DNA of 64,000 nt. Source: Lama guanicoe. Taxonomy: Eukaryota. The notes below the pieces were generated by a model that searched no databases, had not been told where the DNA came from, and worked only from the letters and a program-made list of their open reading frames with translations. Position numbers and translations under genes: made by a program. Where the stretch lies: positions 3,679,058-3,743,057 of the forward strand of contig MU053487.1 of NCBI GenBank assembly GCA_013239625.1, in the 5' to 3' direction. This document shows, piece after piece, positions 25,451 to 39,950 of this stretch. Within the stretch, counting starts at the first letter, position 1, and each line of letters starts with the position of its first letter.

Positions 25451-27984
25451 AAATGTGTGGCCGTAGTACCTGTTCGGATCCTCACAAGCGGTTCATGCAG
25501 GTTAATTCCCATATGCTGCCAACCTTGCTGTGTTGATTACACCATTTGTGGTCTCCTGTGTCCTTGGTATATGGAAGGCCCAATGGTGGTAAAGAAATGG
25601 CTTAAGATTGTGGCAAACCCAGGAATACCAGTCCCACATATCCAGCTGGTAAACTAAACTTCTCCAAAAGAAAGAGGGACAATATAGGATAGGGTAAGCC
25701 GAAACATGAGCTGAGTGAGGTGATGATGGAGGATATAGGGCAACCTTGGGTAAAGTGATGAGCTTCCAGAATGAGTGTTTCCCTGTTGTTTCACACTTTA
25801 AAAGCAACATCTATCAATGTCTCCAAACTGAGGGATCTAAGTATTCAGTTAAAAACACCCACAAGTATTCAGGAAAATGAATGAAAAAGGCTCATATCAA
25901 GGCATAACATCACAAAATTTGGGAACATTGTACACAAAGAGATCCTAACTTTTTTTGAGGGAGTGAAAGTCACAGCTCGTATATAAAAAAGATTGGGAAT
26001 CAAAATATCATCAGATTTCTTAATAGCAACCTTGGAAGTTATAAGACAATGAAACAATGCCTTGAAATCTTTGAGGAAAATAATTTCTAATATAGAGTCT
26101 CTTTTCCAGTTAAACTGCTTAGATAAGGGTAGAATAAAGATATGCCAAGTCTTAGAAAATTTACATCCCACCTACTCGTCCAAGACAGTTACTAGAGAAT
26201 GTGCTCCATCAAAAACAAGGACAGAACCAACAAAGAGGAAGACACAGGATGCAGGGGAGTGACAAATGGAATCCAAAAGATTCCATAAAAGAGCTGTGAA
26301 TCAGGATCAGGAAACATCTAGACCAGACTGAAGCAGGAGGGGGGAACTATAAGGGATTTTCCCAAGAAAAATGGAAACTGATGGATAACCTGATGTGTTC
26401 AAGTAAACTGAAGCAATAGTTAAACGTCTGGAGAAGAGTTTGGGTACAAAAGAGTGATACATATATAGAAAACTGAGCAAATGAAGAAATGAAATCCTTC
26501 CTAATTCCACAGAAAGTAAAAACACTATGCAAAGACGAAATGTAACCAAAGTACACTGCATGATACAGCTGTGAATAATATTTACTTAGCAATACAATTA
26601 TACGGTCATATATGTAGTCAGACTGTGCATGTTATCAGGTTATCTAACAAAAAATTATAACTATAATGGGAAAGTGAGTGTGAGAGGAAATGAGTGGTGT
26701 GTATGTGGACTGAAGTTTTTCCCTCATAACAAAAAGCTAACAGATAATATCTAACATGGAAAAATAAAAAAAATAGTAGTCTGAGTATATTATTAGAGAT
26801 AGGGAGGTATCAGAAGAAAGCAGTAAAAAAGCTGAGAGTGGTTGCCTGTAGAAATATGGGATTAGGGGTGAGGAGATGAGAAGCATGAAATTGATGTTTT
26901 TGTTAGAATCTTTATGGAACTATGTGACCTTCTAAACCATGGATCTGTATACCTTAAATAAAAGTAAAAATCAAATTTAAAAAAGTGAATAGCAGTAATT
27001 TTTTCCCCTCTCTGTGAGAGGAGAAATAATGTTTGAAATCATTCGTGAAGCAATCTATATCTGGCCGGATAGCTGCTTGAGCTGTCAGCTACCATAGCTT
27101 GTTGGGCTTCCCCCCCACTCTATGTTTTCTAAATTAGAAAATCTTAACTCAGAATTATAGGTTGTTGGGAAGCTTTGACAGATACTTCTGGCTTTTCAGA
27201 TCAAATGCAGATTCTGAAATTATGGAGAGAGTTCTCTCTAAAGACTATTTGCAGTGTTTCACCAGAGGACAAGTGCCCCAGTTTAGTGCCACTGAAAGCT
27301 AGAAGGTTAAAGGTTTCAACCTGGGAGACAGCGGCTGATGGAGTCACACCCTCCCTTCGGTGGCATCTGGCTCCGAAGGTATTTGTGCATGTTCAATTGC
27401 AGCATTTGGACGTGATTTTTAATATGCAACGACATATCTTAGGTGTTTTTTCCTGATAAATGGAGAAAATCGTTGGTGTGGGGGAAAAGTGAAACTTTCA
27501 GCCACTGAGCCCTTTGTACCACTGTTCAGTTTTAAGAAATCTTGATGTCTAGTCATTAAAAATCCTGATATTTGGCCTTGAAGTCAAAGACCCATACTAT
27601 TCAAAATCTTAAGTGTAATACTGAGACATGCCATGTATATTCACAGAAATGGCCATTTAAAAAGATTTCATTCCTTATTTTAAAACACTGCAAACCATTT
27701 TTTGTTTGCCAGCCAGAGCAATTTAGCACTGGAGAGCATCTTATACTCACTATTCATTTCATCCCTGTGGTCTGGAGATACATATACTAAGTGACCGCAA
27801 TCACATTGTAGTCACAACTTCCATGATGTCCCTCAACAGCAAATCAGGGCCTGGAGGTGTGCTATGGACCCCTGCTGTTTTCATCAGTAAGGTACATCCG
27901 GCATTTGGAAACATTTTCCATTTGTATAGCGATGCCTTTCCTTGCTAACTATGTAGTGGAGCTTCCTCAGTATCAATTCAACCA

Positions 27985-28395
27985 TCTTTTTCTCTTTAAT
28001 CGTGTTAAAATATAACATAAAGTTTACTACTTTAACCATTATTAATTATGCAATTCAGTGGTATTAAGTACATTCACAGAACTGTGCAGCCATCACCACT
28101 ATCCAGCGCCAGAACTTTTTCATCATCCTAAACAGAAACTCTGTGCTCATTAAACAGCAGCTCTCCATTCCTCCTTCCCCTGATTCCTGGCAACCTCTAT
28201 TCTCCCTTCCGCCTCCATAAATTTGCCTATTCTAGGGACCTGATATAAGTAAAATCATACAATATCTGTCATTTTGTGTCTGGCTGATTTTACTTAGCAT
28301 AATGTTTTAAAGGTTCATTCATGTTGTGACATGTATCAGAATCTCATTCGTTTTTAAGGCTGAAGAGTATTATTCTGTTGTATATATATACCGTA
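27985..28395 (-). mobile_element. L1MB-like 3' end
   Basis: ttaaccatt...gtattaagtacattcaca...ccatcaccactatcca...tttacttagcataatgttttaaaggttcattcatgttg. Confidence 0.8.
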
Positions 28396-31300
28396 GATAG
28401 AAGGTAAAATGTTTGCTTGTTTACATACATAACAGTCACTAATTTTAAATGCCAGTCACATTATAAGAAATACAGTAGTTCTGATAAAGGAATTCTACCG
28501 ATTATTTCCTGCTTTCTTTCCAATTACAATTATTTGTCATTGGTTTTGAAGCTGGTTTCATATCTTACCAGCAAGGGTACAACTTTGCTTGTTTTACTAT
28601 GAGGGCAAATGATGACTCTACAGTTTTCATGTCTTTCAACCTTTAATATCAAATTTTGACAATTTTGTACTGGAAATCCTTACTTTGTATAGAGAAAGTC
28701 AATTGGTTTAAAAGTGATAAACGTTTTTGGAAAATGATATGAAAGCTTTGGTAGCTTTCTGTTATTATTTCATAAAAATGTTAACAGATAATGAACTAAG
28801 TACTAGAACAAACGGATCATTGATCCAATAAAATTTAATGATCATCTTTCGTCAGGCTCCCTGTTTTCTTACTTATCTTCATCTGCCTTTGTGAGATTAT
28901 CCACATCCATTGCCCACTTGTCTCATGACATACAGATTCAAGGTTTATATTTGTGACAGAGTCCATTCATATTTGTGAACCTTATTTCATATTGTAGGAT
29001 TTATTTTTCTATTTTCATCACCATTGTTATGTTTCTGCAAACTGCCTGTGAAATGATGGTTCATTTTTTTGAATTGTGATATTTTGCAACAAGTAGGAAT
29101 GACAAATGCAAGTTTTACAAACGTAAACCACAAATGTGAACGTGATGTCAGACGACAATAAAATCGTTAAGGTCAACTACCCATGATTAACTCCAGGTTA
29201 ACCAGTGTGAACTAAGTCAGTCCCTGAAGCACAAACACAGCTTTTAAAAACATAAAAAGTCAGAAGTTCTGTGAAAATTGTGATTAATCTTCTATTTCAG
29301 ATTTTTAAATTATCTGTGCATAAAATGACTGCATTTTTTCTTCTGAATCTGTCAAGTGATTTAGAGGCTAATGAGATACTTTGATCACTTATTGAGAAAC
29401 ACTGTAGGGGATGAAAGAGCTGAATTGCTCTGCAGAACACAGGGAGAATTTGGAATTCCTAGGGACAATACAGAAGGAAGACCACAAGGCAGAAAGACGG
29501 AAAAGCAACCCAAAGAGACAGCTTTCTTCTTCACTTTGTCCTGGTGATTCTCTAGTTTCTTTCTGAGCACTAGAAGCGATTTAAAAAATGGAGTACACAC
29601 ATACATGGAATGGAATATATACATAACCCTCTCACAAGCAGACAGATAGGCAGGCAGGCAGGAGGCAGGGAACTACCTTTATCAGCAGGTAACAGTGCAA
29701 AGTTAATGTTTCAAGGAGGTATAAGGGCAAGGAGGGGAGATAAGCGTCCAAAAGACTGTTTCAAGAACATGGCAGTAGGGTTGGCTCCTGGTGCTGCACT
29801 GACTACAGTTTAATTTTTACTAAAAAATACACAGCATGATCGTTGCAGCCCCAGTCTACCCCAAGGACATCTACTCTTTTCCTCCCAGAGACAGTACTTA
29901 ACCCATGGGTATTACCAGTTTCGTTACCAGTTTTTCAAAAATAAAATCCAGAGTCTGATAATTTTCTTGAGGCCAAGGATGCTACCTCTTTAAACAATAT
30001 CTCTTATTTCCATTAATTCTCTTTCCTTTCCCTTCTGTGTCACTTAATACCTGTCACATAAATGTCTAGCACTACGACCAGATAGGTTGATTTTTATCTT
30101 TGCTGTTTTTAAAATTGTGTTTATAAAGGAAACTTTGTCACAATTTAATTAATACAAAGTCTGAAGAATAGATTTAATAATTACTGGGAATGGAAATTGG
30201 TACAACTTTGGAAAACAGTTTGGCAGTATCTCAAAAACTAAAATTGTACATCCCTTTGAGCCAGCCATCCCGTTCCCCTCACATTTACGCATATTGTGTA
30301 TGCACAGATACATGTGTAAGGATGATCACCAAAGAATCATGATGGCAAAATATGAGGATTATGTTGATTAGGATCAACAGAAATACCTAATCCATAGAAT
30401 AACAGTTACATAAATTTTGCACCATCCATGTAAGTAAAATCTTTTCAGTCAGTTTCTGCAAAACATGCTGCTGAGATTTTTATTGGGATTTCATTGAATC
30501 TATAGGTTAATGTGGGCAGCACTGACATTTTTAACAATAGTGAGTCTTCTAATCCATTAAATTTATTTAGATACTTCAAAATTTCTCTCAGTAAAGTTCT
30601 GTCATTGTCAAAATACTTTATACTGTCATTTTTTTCAGCACAAATGACTTGTGCATATTTTTTACATTAACTTTTGGGTTTATAAGTTCTGTCCTTTTCT
30701 TTTCTAGCTAATTAATTTTTTCTTTTACATTATTCATTTCTTCTTGCTGTTTTCATTTATTTTATTCTTCTTTTTTATAGTTTTAGGTTAAGTAATTCTT
30801 TTCATTTTCTACTGATACAAATATTCTATGCTTCAGTGCTATGGATTATCCTCTGTGCTCATCTTTAACTGCACCCTATAGGTTCTGATTAAAGTGTTCT
30901 TGAATTTTTTCTACCCTAGAAATTCTATAATTCTGGTCTGTAGCTTTTCTTTCAACTAAGATTTCTTTAAGAGAGGTTTTAAAAATTTTACCAAATGGAA
31001 AGACCTCTCTTTTTTTTCTTTTCTGATTTTGTTATTATTTTCTCGTTTTATTATTTCTACTTTGGGATATTATTAAGGTTTTTTTGTTTAATATCTGGCT
31101 GATTTATATGATTATTCTTCAGGGAATATAGTTTTAAATGTATTAATTAGATCTCATTAATTATGTTACTTTGGTCATCTATTTCTTTATATACCTTTTA
31201 ATGCATTTGATCTGTCAGGGCTGAAAGAAATTAATTACACTTTTCTGTCTCTATAACGTTCTTGTCTATTTACCCTAATATTCCCATAGGTTTTGATTTG

Positions 31301-32654
31301 TGAACATTGTTGTCACATTATTTGTTTGTGAAGATATACGTTACTGTTTATGAGTTGTTAAGTATTACTGTGTGTCATTTTTCTTCTGTTTAATAATTTT
31401 TGGCCTAAAGCCCACCTTCCCTGATATTAAGATCATGCCTCCTGCTCTTTCTGTTTGCTTTTGCCTGTATCTTTGTCCATTTTTTAATTTTTGGCCTTTC
31501 TGTATCACTATGAGCAGTGTATTTTTGAGTTAACACACAGGTTAATATTGTCTTGTTATGAAACCCAAGTTTTTTTAAGCAGATGAGTCAAATTCATTTA
31601 TATTGATTGCCATGATAGATTTATTTGATCTAAGTTTGCGTATATTGTGTTATGTTTTTAATCATTTAAAAAAATTTCATTGTCTGGTATATTTTGCTTG
31701 CTTTATTTTTCCTCTGTATGATTCTGAATGTAGAAAAGCTTTTATTTGAGTTCTAGCAGTTGCCTTAAATGATACATGCACAGTTATAATTAGAACTCTG
31801 TACGTTGCCCTTAGGATGCTATCTCTTTAAACAGTATCTCTTAATTTCCATTAATACTTTCCTTTTCCCTCTGTTTTATCCATCATATGATTGTATTTAA
31901 TAATATCTTTTTCCTGCTTACCTTTGTACTGTTAAATATAATTTTAAACTTCTTTATACATCAACTTTAAAGAATGCACTTTAACTTCTCACTATAATAG
32001 AAGCAACAATAAATGTACATCCTCAGCTTCCACGTATTCCCTCCTCCTAGTCCCAATTTTTGCTATTTGTACCCTGTCAGCATTTTCAGGGCCTCCGGGA
32101 TTTTCGGGGGTAAAATGCCCTGATCCTCATTTTTATCCCTCTCTGCAGGCACTGTTAACAAGCTCTGGTCTGCTGAGTCATTTACCAGTCCTCCACCCAC
32201 TTTCAGTCTTCTGAGATTGTTTTGACATCTTTTGTCCTCTGTGCTTCCTTTTCTACTTCTCTTTGTTCTTGTATATTCTTATTCCCATGCTGTCATTTCA
32301 TTGGCATTTTGAGAGGCCTGGGGTGAAATATTCATGCTATCTTCCATATTTAACCAGAATCCCCAAAATAACTCTTACTTTTGAGAGAAAATGCTTTGCA
32401 TTAAAAGTTTAAAAGGATAGAAATTTTACATGCCATACCATCTCAGCATACATATAGAGAAAATAAACTAAAACACTAACAGCGATTTATCTACCTAGAT
32501 GCTATCTTCTGACTTTTGTTTTTCAGTGTTCTGCATTTTATGCAATAGTCACTTACTTTAAACTTATTTTGTTTTAAAGCTTTTCATTATGATATGTAAT
32601 ATGCATAATGAAAATGAACATGAAATTGAAATTATTTGTAAAGTGAATGTCTGT

Positions 32655-33008
32655 GTATTAGTCAGCTCAGGCTGCCATAACAAATACCATAGATTGAGTG
32701 GTTACACAACTAATATTTATTTTCTCACAGTTCTAGGGGCAGGTGCTGGCATCATCAGATTCTGGTGAGAGCCCTCTTCCTGGCTTGCTAACGGCAGTTT
32801 CTTGCTGTGCCCTTACATGGTGGAGAGAGAGCTCTGGGGTCCATTCTTCCTATAAAGGTACCAGCTCTATTGGATCCTAGCTCTGTCCTTATGACCTCAT
32901 TTAAGCTAAATTGGCCTGCTTAAAGTCTCCTTCTCCAGTACAGTCACATGAGGTAGGGGTTAGGGCTTCAATACATGAGTTTGGGAGGCCACTATTCAGT
33001 CCACAGCA
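32655..33008 (-). mobile_element. MaLR LTR (MLT1A/B/C-like)
   Basis: tgtattagtcagctcaggctgccataacaaataccatagattgagtgg ... gggcttcaatacatgagtttggg...attcagtccacagca. Confidence 0.8.
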
Positions 33009-34120
33009 GCTCTGTGACAACTAATCATGTCACTAAATGGTACCTTTTGAGTACCCACAAGCCCCTTCCCTCCTCTGCCTTTACAGGTTACTACTATCCT
33101 AATTTTTGGTGGTTTTTTTCTTGCCTTTTAAATTTATATTTTTACCTCCTAAGTATGCATCCCTAAACAAAACAGTTGTTTTATTTGTTTTTGAATTTTG
33201 TATAAATGGAATCACATTTTTGTAATATTTTGTGTCTGGCTTTTTTTGTTCAATATTATATTCTGAAGATTCATTCCTATGTGGAGATACAGTTTATTCA
33301 TATTCACTGCTGTAAATGATCCCTTCTTAAGGATTTAACAGAGATATTTAATGTATTCAAAAATATATGAACATTTTGGTTGTTTCTACTTTGGGGCTTT
33401 TATAGGGAAGGTGCATGGACTTTCTTGCAGCTATACCGTGGTGCCTATAAGTACATATTTCTGTTGGGTGTATGTATCTAACAGTATAATTAGAGGATCA
33501 CAGTGTATGTGTGTTTTCACCTTTACTTGATAATATCCACTGCTTTCCAAAAAGGTTGTACAAATTTACATTCCCACCAGAAATATATGAGTTTCTGTGG
33601 CTCCATATCTTTCTCAATACTTGATATTGTCACACTTAGAATTTTCCTCATCTGATGAGTATGTAGTAATCTCTCAGTGTGATTTTATTCGCATTTCCTT
33701 GATTAAGAAAAAGGTTAAGAATATTTTCATATGTTTATCAACCATGTGGATTTCTACTTTTGTGAAATGCCTATTTAATTTTTTTGCTCATTTTCCAATT
33801 GATTGCTCTGACATATTTCTAATTCATTTGCAGGGGGCCATTATTCTGGATATAAACACTTTTTAGGCATATATGTTGCAAATATCTTCTACTCTGTAGC
33901 TTTACTTTTTCACTCTCATAAAGTTGTCCTCTGATTAACAGAAATTCTTAATTTTAGCATACTAAGACATATCAGTATTTTCCTCCATGGCTAGTGCTTC
34001 TTGTGTCATATGTAATAAATCTTTCCCTAACCTGAGGTCATGAAGACATTCTCCTTCGTTTGTTTGTTTTTTAACCTTCTGAAAACTTTATGTCTTTGTC
34101 TTTCACAAAGAAATTTTGAT

Positions 34121-34262
34121 TTTTTTTAATTAAAAATTTTTCTTTAAATTTTGGTGGGAGAGGTAATTAGGTTTATTTTCTTTTAATGGAGGCACTGGGG
34201 ATTGACTCTAGGACCTCATGCATGCTAAGCACGCACTCTACCACTAAGCTATATCCTCCCGC
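34121..34262 (-). mobile_element. tRNA-derived SINE (camelid Vic-1-like)
   Basis: Reverse complement gggaggatatagcttagtggtagagtgcgtgcttagcatgcatgaggtcctagagtcaatccccagtgcctcc; TSD-like agaaatt(t/a)gat flanks. Confidence 0.85.
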
Positions 34263-36171
34263 AGAAATTTAGATCTTAATCCACCTAGCATTGATTCTTG
34301 TGTATGGTGTAAAGCTGGATGTTCAATGTAATTTTTCTGTTCGAATTTTTAATTCTTTAGCATCATTTACTGAATACTGCCCTTTCTCGGTTGTTCTGCA
34401 ATGCCACTTTTGTTGCCAGTTCAAGGTCTGTATGTGCATTGGCCTATTTACGGGCCAACTGCTCTGTTCCACTGGTCTGACGAATCGTATGCCAATGGCA
34501 CACTGTTTCAATTATTAGAGATTTATAGTAAATCTTGATATCCAGTAGAGCACATTATTTTCTCCCACCTTGTTTTTCTTCCTCAAAAGTGTCTTGGTTA
34601 TAATTTGCTCTTTGCATTTTCATATAAATCTTAGAGTCAGTTTGTCAAGTTATACAAAAAAAAGCCTGTTGGGATCTTGATTGGAATCATATTAAATTTA
34701 TTAGTCATTTTGGGGAGTCTTACAATATTGTGCCTTTGAATGTAAGAATATAATATATCACTCCATTTTTTGGGTTTTCTTAATATTTTTATAATTTTCT
34801 TTATAGAGATCTTACTCATACTTTGATAATCTTATTTCTAGAAACTTGGTATTTTTAACTGCCAGTGTAAATTGTATTTTTAAAAACGATTTCATTTTCT
34901 GTTTGTTGCTAGTATATAGAGATACAATTGATTTATGTATATCAATTTGTACCTAGCTACTTTTCTATACTCTCTTATTAATTCTAATGGTTAATCTCTG
35001 GATTATATTGGCCATTTTATGCACAAAGTTATAGTATGTGTAAATCGTGGCATCTTTGGTATTTCTTTCCTTATTCTTATACTTGTTATTTCTTCTCCTT
35101 GTCTTACTACACTGGCTAAAATCTCCTTTACAAAGTTGAATAGAACTGATGAAACAGACATCTTTTCCTTTTTCCCCCGTCTAATCTCAAAGAGAAAGTT
35201 TACCATGTTTCACAATTAAATATGATGTTTGCTCCTTTCTTCAAGTGGTTACCCTTTATAATACTATAGCAATTCCCTTTTATTCCTACTTTTCTAAGAG
35301 TTTTTAATCACAAACAGGTATCAAACTTTATGAAATGATTTTTCAGCATCAAGATGGCCACTTGATATTTCTTCTTTAACTGATTAATAGAAATAGAACA
35401 TATTTCCTATTGTAGCATGTATTAATATAGTCAGAAAAAGATAAAAATAAAGAAGTTGGAAAAAGAGAAAGGTCTACAGAACACCAAAAATATGTCAGGC
35501 TTGAGCTGGGCCAGGGGCACCCCTCCCAGATGTGTTGGTACAGGATGTTTTTGAAAAGGCCCCATAGTCTGAAACTACTGAGATTCCATCACTAACCCAG
35601 GGAGACAGAATAATCTCAGGAATATTAAGGTCACTTTGAAGTATACAAGTCGTGATAACTTAAACAGCTTCATTGATGGGTCATTTTCTGATACGTTCCA
35701 GGACCATTTGTTCTTAGCTCTGCCTCACTTTTGCTCCTGTCTCTCTTTCCAAGTGGCTCTTCCCTCAGCTTCACTCAGGTGTGCACATAGCAGGTGAATG
35801 TGTGTGTGGGTGGGGTGGGGTGGAAGGCATGGGGTTCATCTGCCCAGGTCACCCCAGACAATGACATCAGACCCTCTGGGGTTGGGACCCAGGCATCCAT
35901 ATTTTAAAAAATCTCCCCAGGGGATTCCAACAGGCAGTCAAGATTGAGAATTTTTAATCTATAGCTCTTTGAAGCTGAAAATCAGATGTACATTTATGAA
36001 ACAAAGTCCACAGAGAAGATATTAAACCATTACAAAATCAAATAGGCAATAGGATTCCACGTTGCCTGGATGAAACCCAGCAGGATGAATAAAAGAAACA
36101 AGCCGCCCAGTGAAGGAAGAGAAGGAGAGGACACAAAGGAAAAGTACAAGAATGACAGCAAATCTACTCAC

Positions 36172-36252
36172 TCGATTTTCTCTGGAAGTTCGTTTTGGGT
36201 CATGCCCACACAGTTGACCAAAATAGTGATTGTTATAAATAAACTGAACCAC
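36172..36252 (-). CDS. SCN10A: SCN10A coding exon 3 (WFSLFITITILVNCVGMTQNELPEKIE), DI-S1
   Basis: 81 nt; preceded by U12 branch site TTCCTTAAC and CAG; donor GTGAGT. Confidence 0.96.
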
Positions 36253-39200
36253 CTGAGAGGCCTGTGTTAAGGAAAAGCTGAGAGTCACCATGTTTTCCAC
36301 ATGTCACTCACGATCACCTAGACACCTGAATTGATTAAATTCGTAACTCTTTCTTGGGATCAGCTTTACGGTCTTGTCACATGACAACTGCTAACACTTA
36401 CTGAGTGCCTACCCTGAGGTGAAAACTTCATCCACGTTACTTCCAATACAACAAATCTACAGGTGGATATTATTATCTACCCATTAGAGCTAAGAAAACG
36501 GGCTGACAAAACTTGAATATTTTTCCAAGGTCATACAGATAGTCAACCATGGCGCTGAGATGTGGACTCAGACTGCAAGATGAAAGGAAACAGAATCTGT
36601 TCCAAAATGTTCTTCTGCCTTGACATCTGCATTTCTCTATACAGTATGGCCTGAAATTTCATCCTGCAAATGTCTTTTTTCCTAAAAGACAAAGAGAATG
36701 CTATGGTCCCCCTTATCCATGGTTTCATTTTCTGCCATTTCAGTTAACCATAGTCAGTGGTGGTCTGAAAATATTAAATGGTAAATCCCAGAAATAATTC
36801 GTAAGTTTTAAATTACCCATCATTCTGAGTTAGCTTGATGACATCTCAGCCATGCTTCTCTCTCCCACCAGGGACCCCCAACCATCAACATTGTTTCTTT
36901 TTTTTTTTTCAGTGGTGTGAACTCAAGACCTCATGCATGCTAAGAACACAGTCTACTACTTAGCTATTTCCCTCCCCACCGACACTGTATGCTTCTGACA
37001 CCCAACCATCAACATCATCATGTCCCCATAATACAAGATCACCCGAAGCAGATGATCCTCCCTCTGATTTATGGTCAGAAGGTCACTAGCAGCCTGACGC
37101 TGTGTCACAGTGCCTATGTCATTCACCTCACTTCATCTCATCACGTGGGTTTTATCTCACCTCACATCATCACAAGAAGAAGGATGAGTAGAGTACAGTA
37201 AGAAATTTTTAGAGAGAGATCACATTCACCTAACTTTTATTACAGTATTTTGTTAGAATTGCTCTATTTTATTATTAGTTATTGTTGTTAAATCTTTAAC
37301 TGTGCCTAGTTTATAACTCAAACTTTACCATAGGTAGATATGTATAGGAAAAAACGTATATATGGGTCTGGTACTATCTGTGGTTCCAGACATCCGCTGG
37401 GGGTCTGGGAACATGTCTCCAATGGATAGTAGGGGATGACTGTACTCCTAGGAAGTCAGAGATAAGGGGAGGGTTGCAAGTTTTCATGGGAATTAGGTTA
37501 GTCAGATTGTCTGAGATCAGTCACACTAAGGAAATGGACATCTGGTTAGGAATGGTGGAGGCAGCACAGGGAAGTGAAATGCTGGCTCAAGGAGAACATT
37601 CCAAACAGGATTAGGCTGTCATGGAGAACTCTGAATAGCAAGAGAGGAGAATCTTACAGGAGAGGTTGGGGACAAAGGGATTACAAGAAAGGGAAGGAGA
37701 CACTGAAAAGGAAGGTGAGTGGAAGAGGGTAAATAGATGGAGAAGAAATGTTGATAGGAAAATCCAAAGACAAATTTCTCCCACTGGACTTTTTTTTGAG
37801 GACTAGGCGGGTTCCTAACAGTTACTTCCTAAAGAAAGACAACGCCTGAAGAGAAACTTGACCTACAGAGAGAGTGAACTACTCATCTTTCATAATTTCA
37901 ATTTGAGCAGAAGTATCTAAATCTATTTTAGGTTTCTGTAAATGCCTTTAATGTGCCCTGTTTTGCAGTTACTTAGGAACACATCTATTTTGAAAGGGGA
38001 AATTCTACTAATTAAGCCACATTTTCCTGTTGACTTGCAATTAAATTAAGAAATGTGTTCACATAGGGGGAAATGTTAACCCAAGGATTAAATTAAAATC
38101 ATATCTCCAACTCCACAAGCCTTTGGAAGAATTATGATTTATTCTGATAATATTGCTTATGAAAACATTCATAGCAAATATGATTAGAATTATAATTTTG
38201 GTGAAATATTAATAATAGGACATTGAGAATTCCATACCTTGAAGAATATTTTGGGGGGCTGGAGCTACCAAATTCATGATATCTAAATATATAAATGCAG
38301 ATTTTTATGAGGAGACCCTTAATAGCTTTTCTGTCTGGCTATGACTCCACCCAGAAATTATTTACTCATCAAGTCTCAAGACAAAAAGCATATTTACTGG
38401 TTACTTGGTTCTTTAAGGGGATTTTATTTCTAATTAGTTGTTTCTTACTGAACTAGATGTAATTCAACCAGGATAGATGAAGAGATATTTGTATATTTGC
38501 TATTTTTATTTCTAATTTTTATGTAATTGTATATATTTTTTAAAACACCCAAGTAGAGATAACATACTGAGAGAATAGATTACTCTAATTTATTTCCATT
38601 AACTGCCTACTTCCTTATTGCTGATACTGCTCTAAGCAAGAGGTAGGCTGGACCTTATAACAAGCTGTGTGACCCTGGACAATTAATTTAACGCCTCTGA
38701 GTATCAGTTTCATCATCTGTAAGATGAGGATGCTAATCCCTTCTTCAGGGGTTTCTATACCTGTGACAATGTTGATGGTTGGAAGATATTTAGCAAATGG
38801 GAGCCTAATATTATCATTAAATACTCTTCTACAGCATTAGGAAAGCCAAGATTGAATGAAGAAAATAGAATTCCCACTAGCTGGCAATAAAGATAAAGCA
38901 CGTAAAGGGAAAATGTAATGCAACTGTATCAAGCAGTGCAGTTCCATGTTGAGATGACTGTGCCAGGTCTGCCAGCTCACTGAGTGCTGTCCAGCGATCC
39001 AGCAAGCTGCCCCAGAGGGTAAGGAGAGAGCTCCTTTAACTGCACCCTCCCTAAGAAAAGGCTGGCTACCATCTGCCAGGCAGCTGAGGCGAGACTGTTC
39101 TTGCAAATCAACCTCGTAGAAGCCAGGGCTGAATTTGTTATTAGGAACTTCCAATTTGGACAGTCACCAGGGAAGATCCTTGGAAACCAAGCCAAAGTCC

Positions 39201-39950
39201 CTTGTTTGTCCTAGTTTGGCTTGCCTTGGGGGCGGGAGGGGAGAGAAACAAGAGTTGGAGGCAGCTTCTGAAGCTACCTAAAGCAATTAGTTTAATACAG
39301 ACATTTGACCAATGTGTCTCTAATTATGACTACATTCCCCAATGGCATGAACCTCAGATTACTGACATTTTTAACCTGCTAGTAGTTTGGGGGTAACTTG
39401 TGCTGTAGGCAGTGTCCCATGACCAATATGGTCCCATTGAGATGGTCTTTGTTCTGCCCACTGCAGTCTGTTCTCTTCGCCCTCTAGGAAGAGCTGCTCT
39501 TTTGCCAAATAAGCAGCCACTCCGCATCATGGCAATGGCACAGAGTAACAACACACACCCATCTCATTTGCCCAAAGAAGCCTTGGGGCCTCCTACTGGT
39601 TATTACCTTGTGGGAAGAGCAGGCCACGTGTGGTGAGAATGTGCCTGGGTGCATCAGCAATCTCCCCTCATAAAGAGGATATTTTTCAAGTTGTGCATCC
39701 ACAGATGTGTCCAGACTAGTCTAGGTGAACCCAAACCCACCTGTGGGTTGCTTGAACAGCTCCTGTGTCTTGGGACTGCATTCCGATGTTGAATATATTA
39801 AAGCCACAAACTCTTTTTTCAATTTAACGATCTCATTGTTTTAGGATTCAACTGGAGGAAGGCTCTATTGTTAACCCCTGAAGAAGGTACTGGACACAGC
39901 GGGCAAGGCCTGATTCTAACACGTGCAAGGGGCAACTGTGCAAAGGATAC
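36253..39950 (-). other. U12 (minor spliceosome) intron, GT-AG subtype, 3698 nt
   Basis: 5' splice site GTATCCTTT; branch site TTCCTTAAC (36266-36274) 13 nt before the exon; no polypyrimidine tract. Confidence 0.93.
36701..37443. mobile_element. Tigger7/MER44-like DNA transposon relic with a partial SINE inserted at ~36893-36980
   Basis: Degenerate TIRs gtcccccttatccatgg ... tggatagtaggggatgactgta; internal SINE words gacctcatgcatgctaag. Confidence 0.75.

Larger units (their letters stand above)
30400..35400 (-). mobile_element. Mosaic of old, degraded L1M fragments with nested MLT1 and SINE insertions
   Basis: T-rich; minus-strand L1 ORF2 words (NKFNMIPIKIPTGFF in ORF 34637-34819; LFNFVKEILASVVRQGEEITSIRI in ORF 35003-35206). 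Confidence 0.75.
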
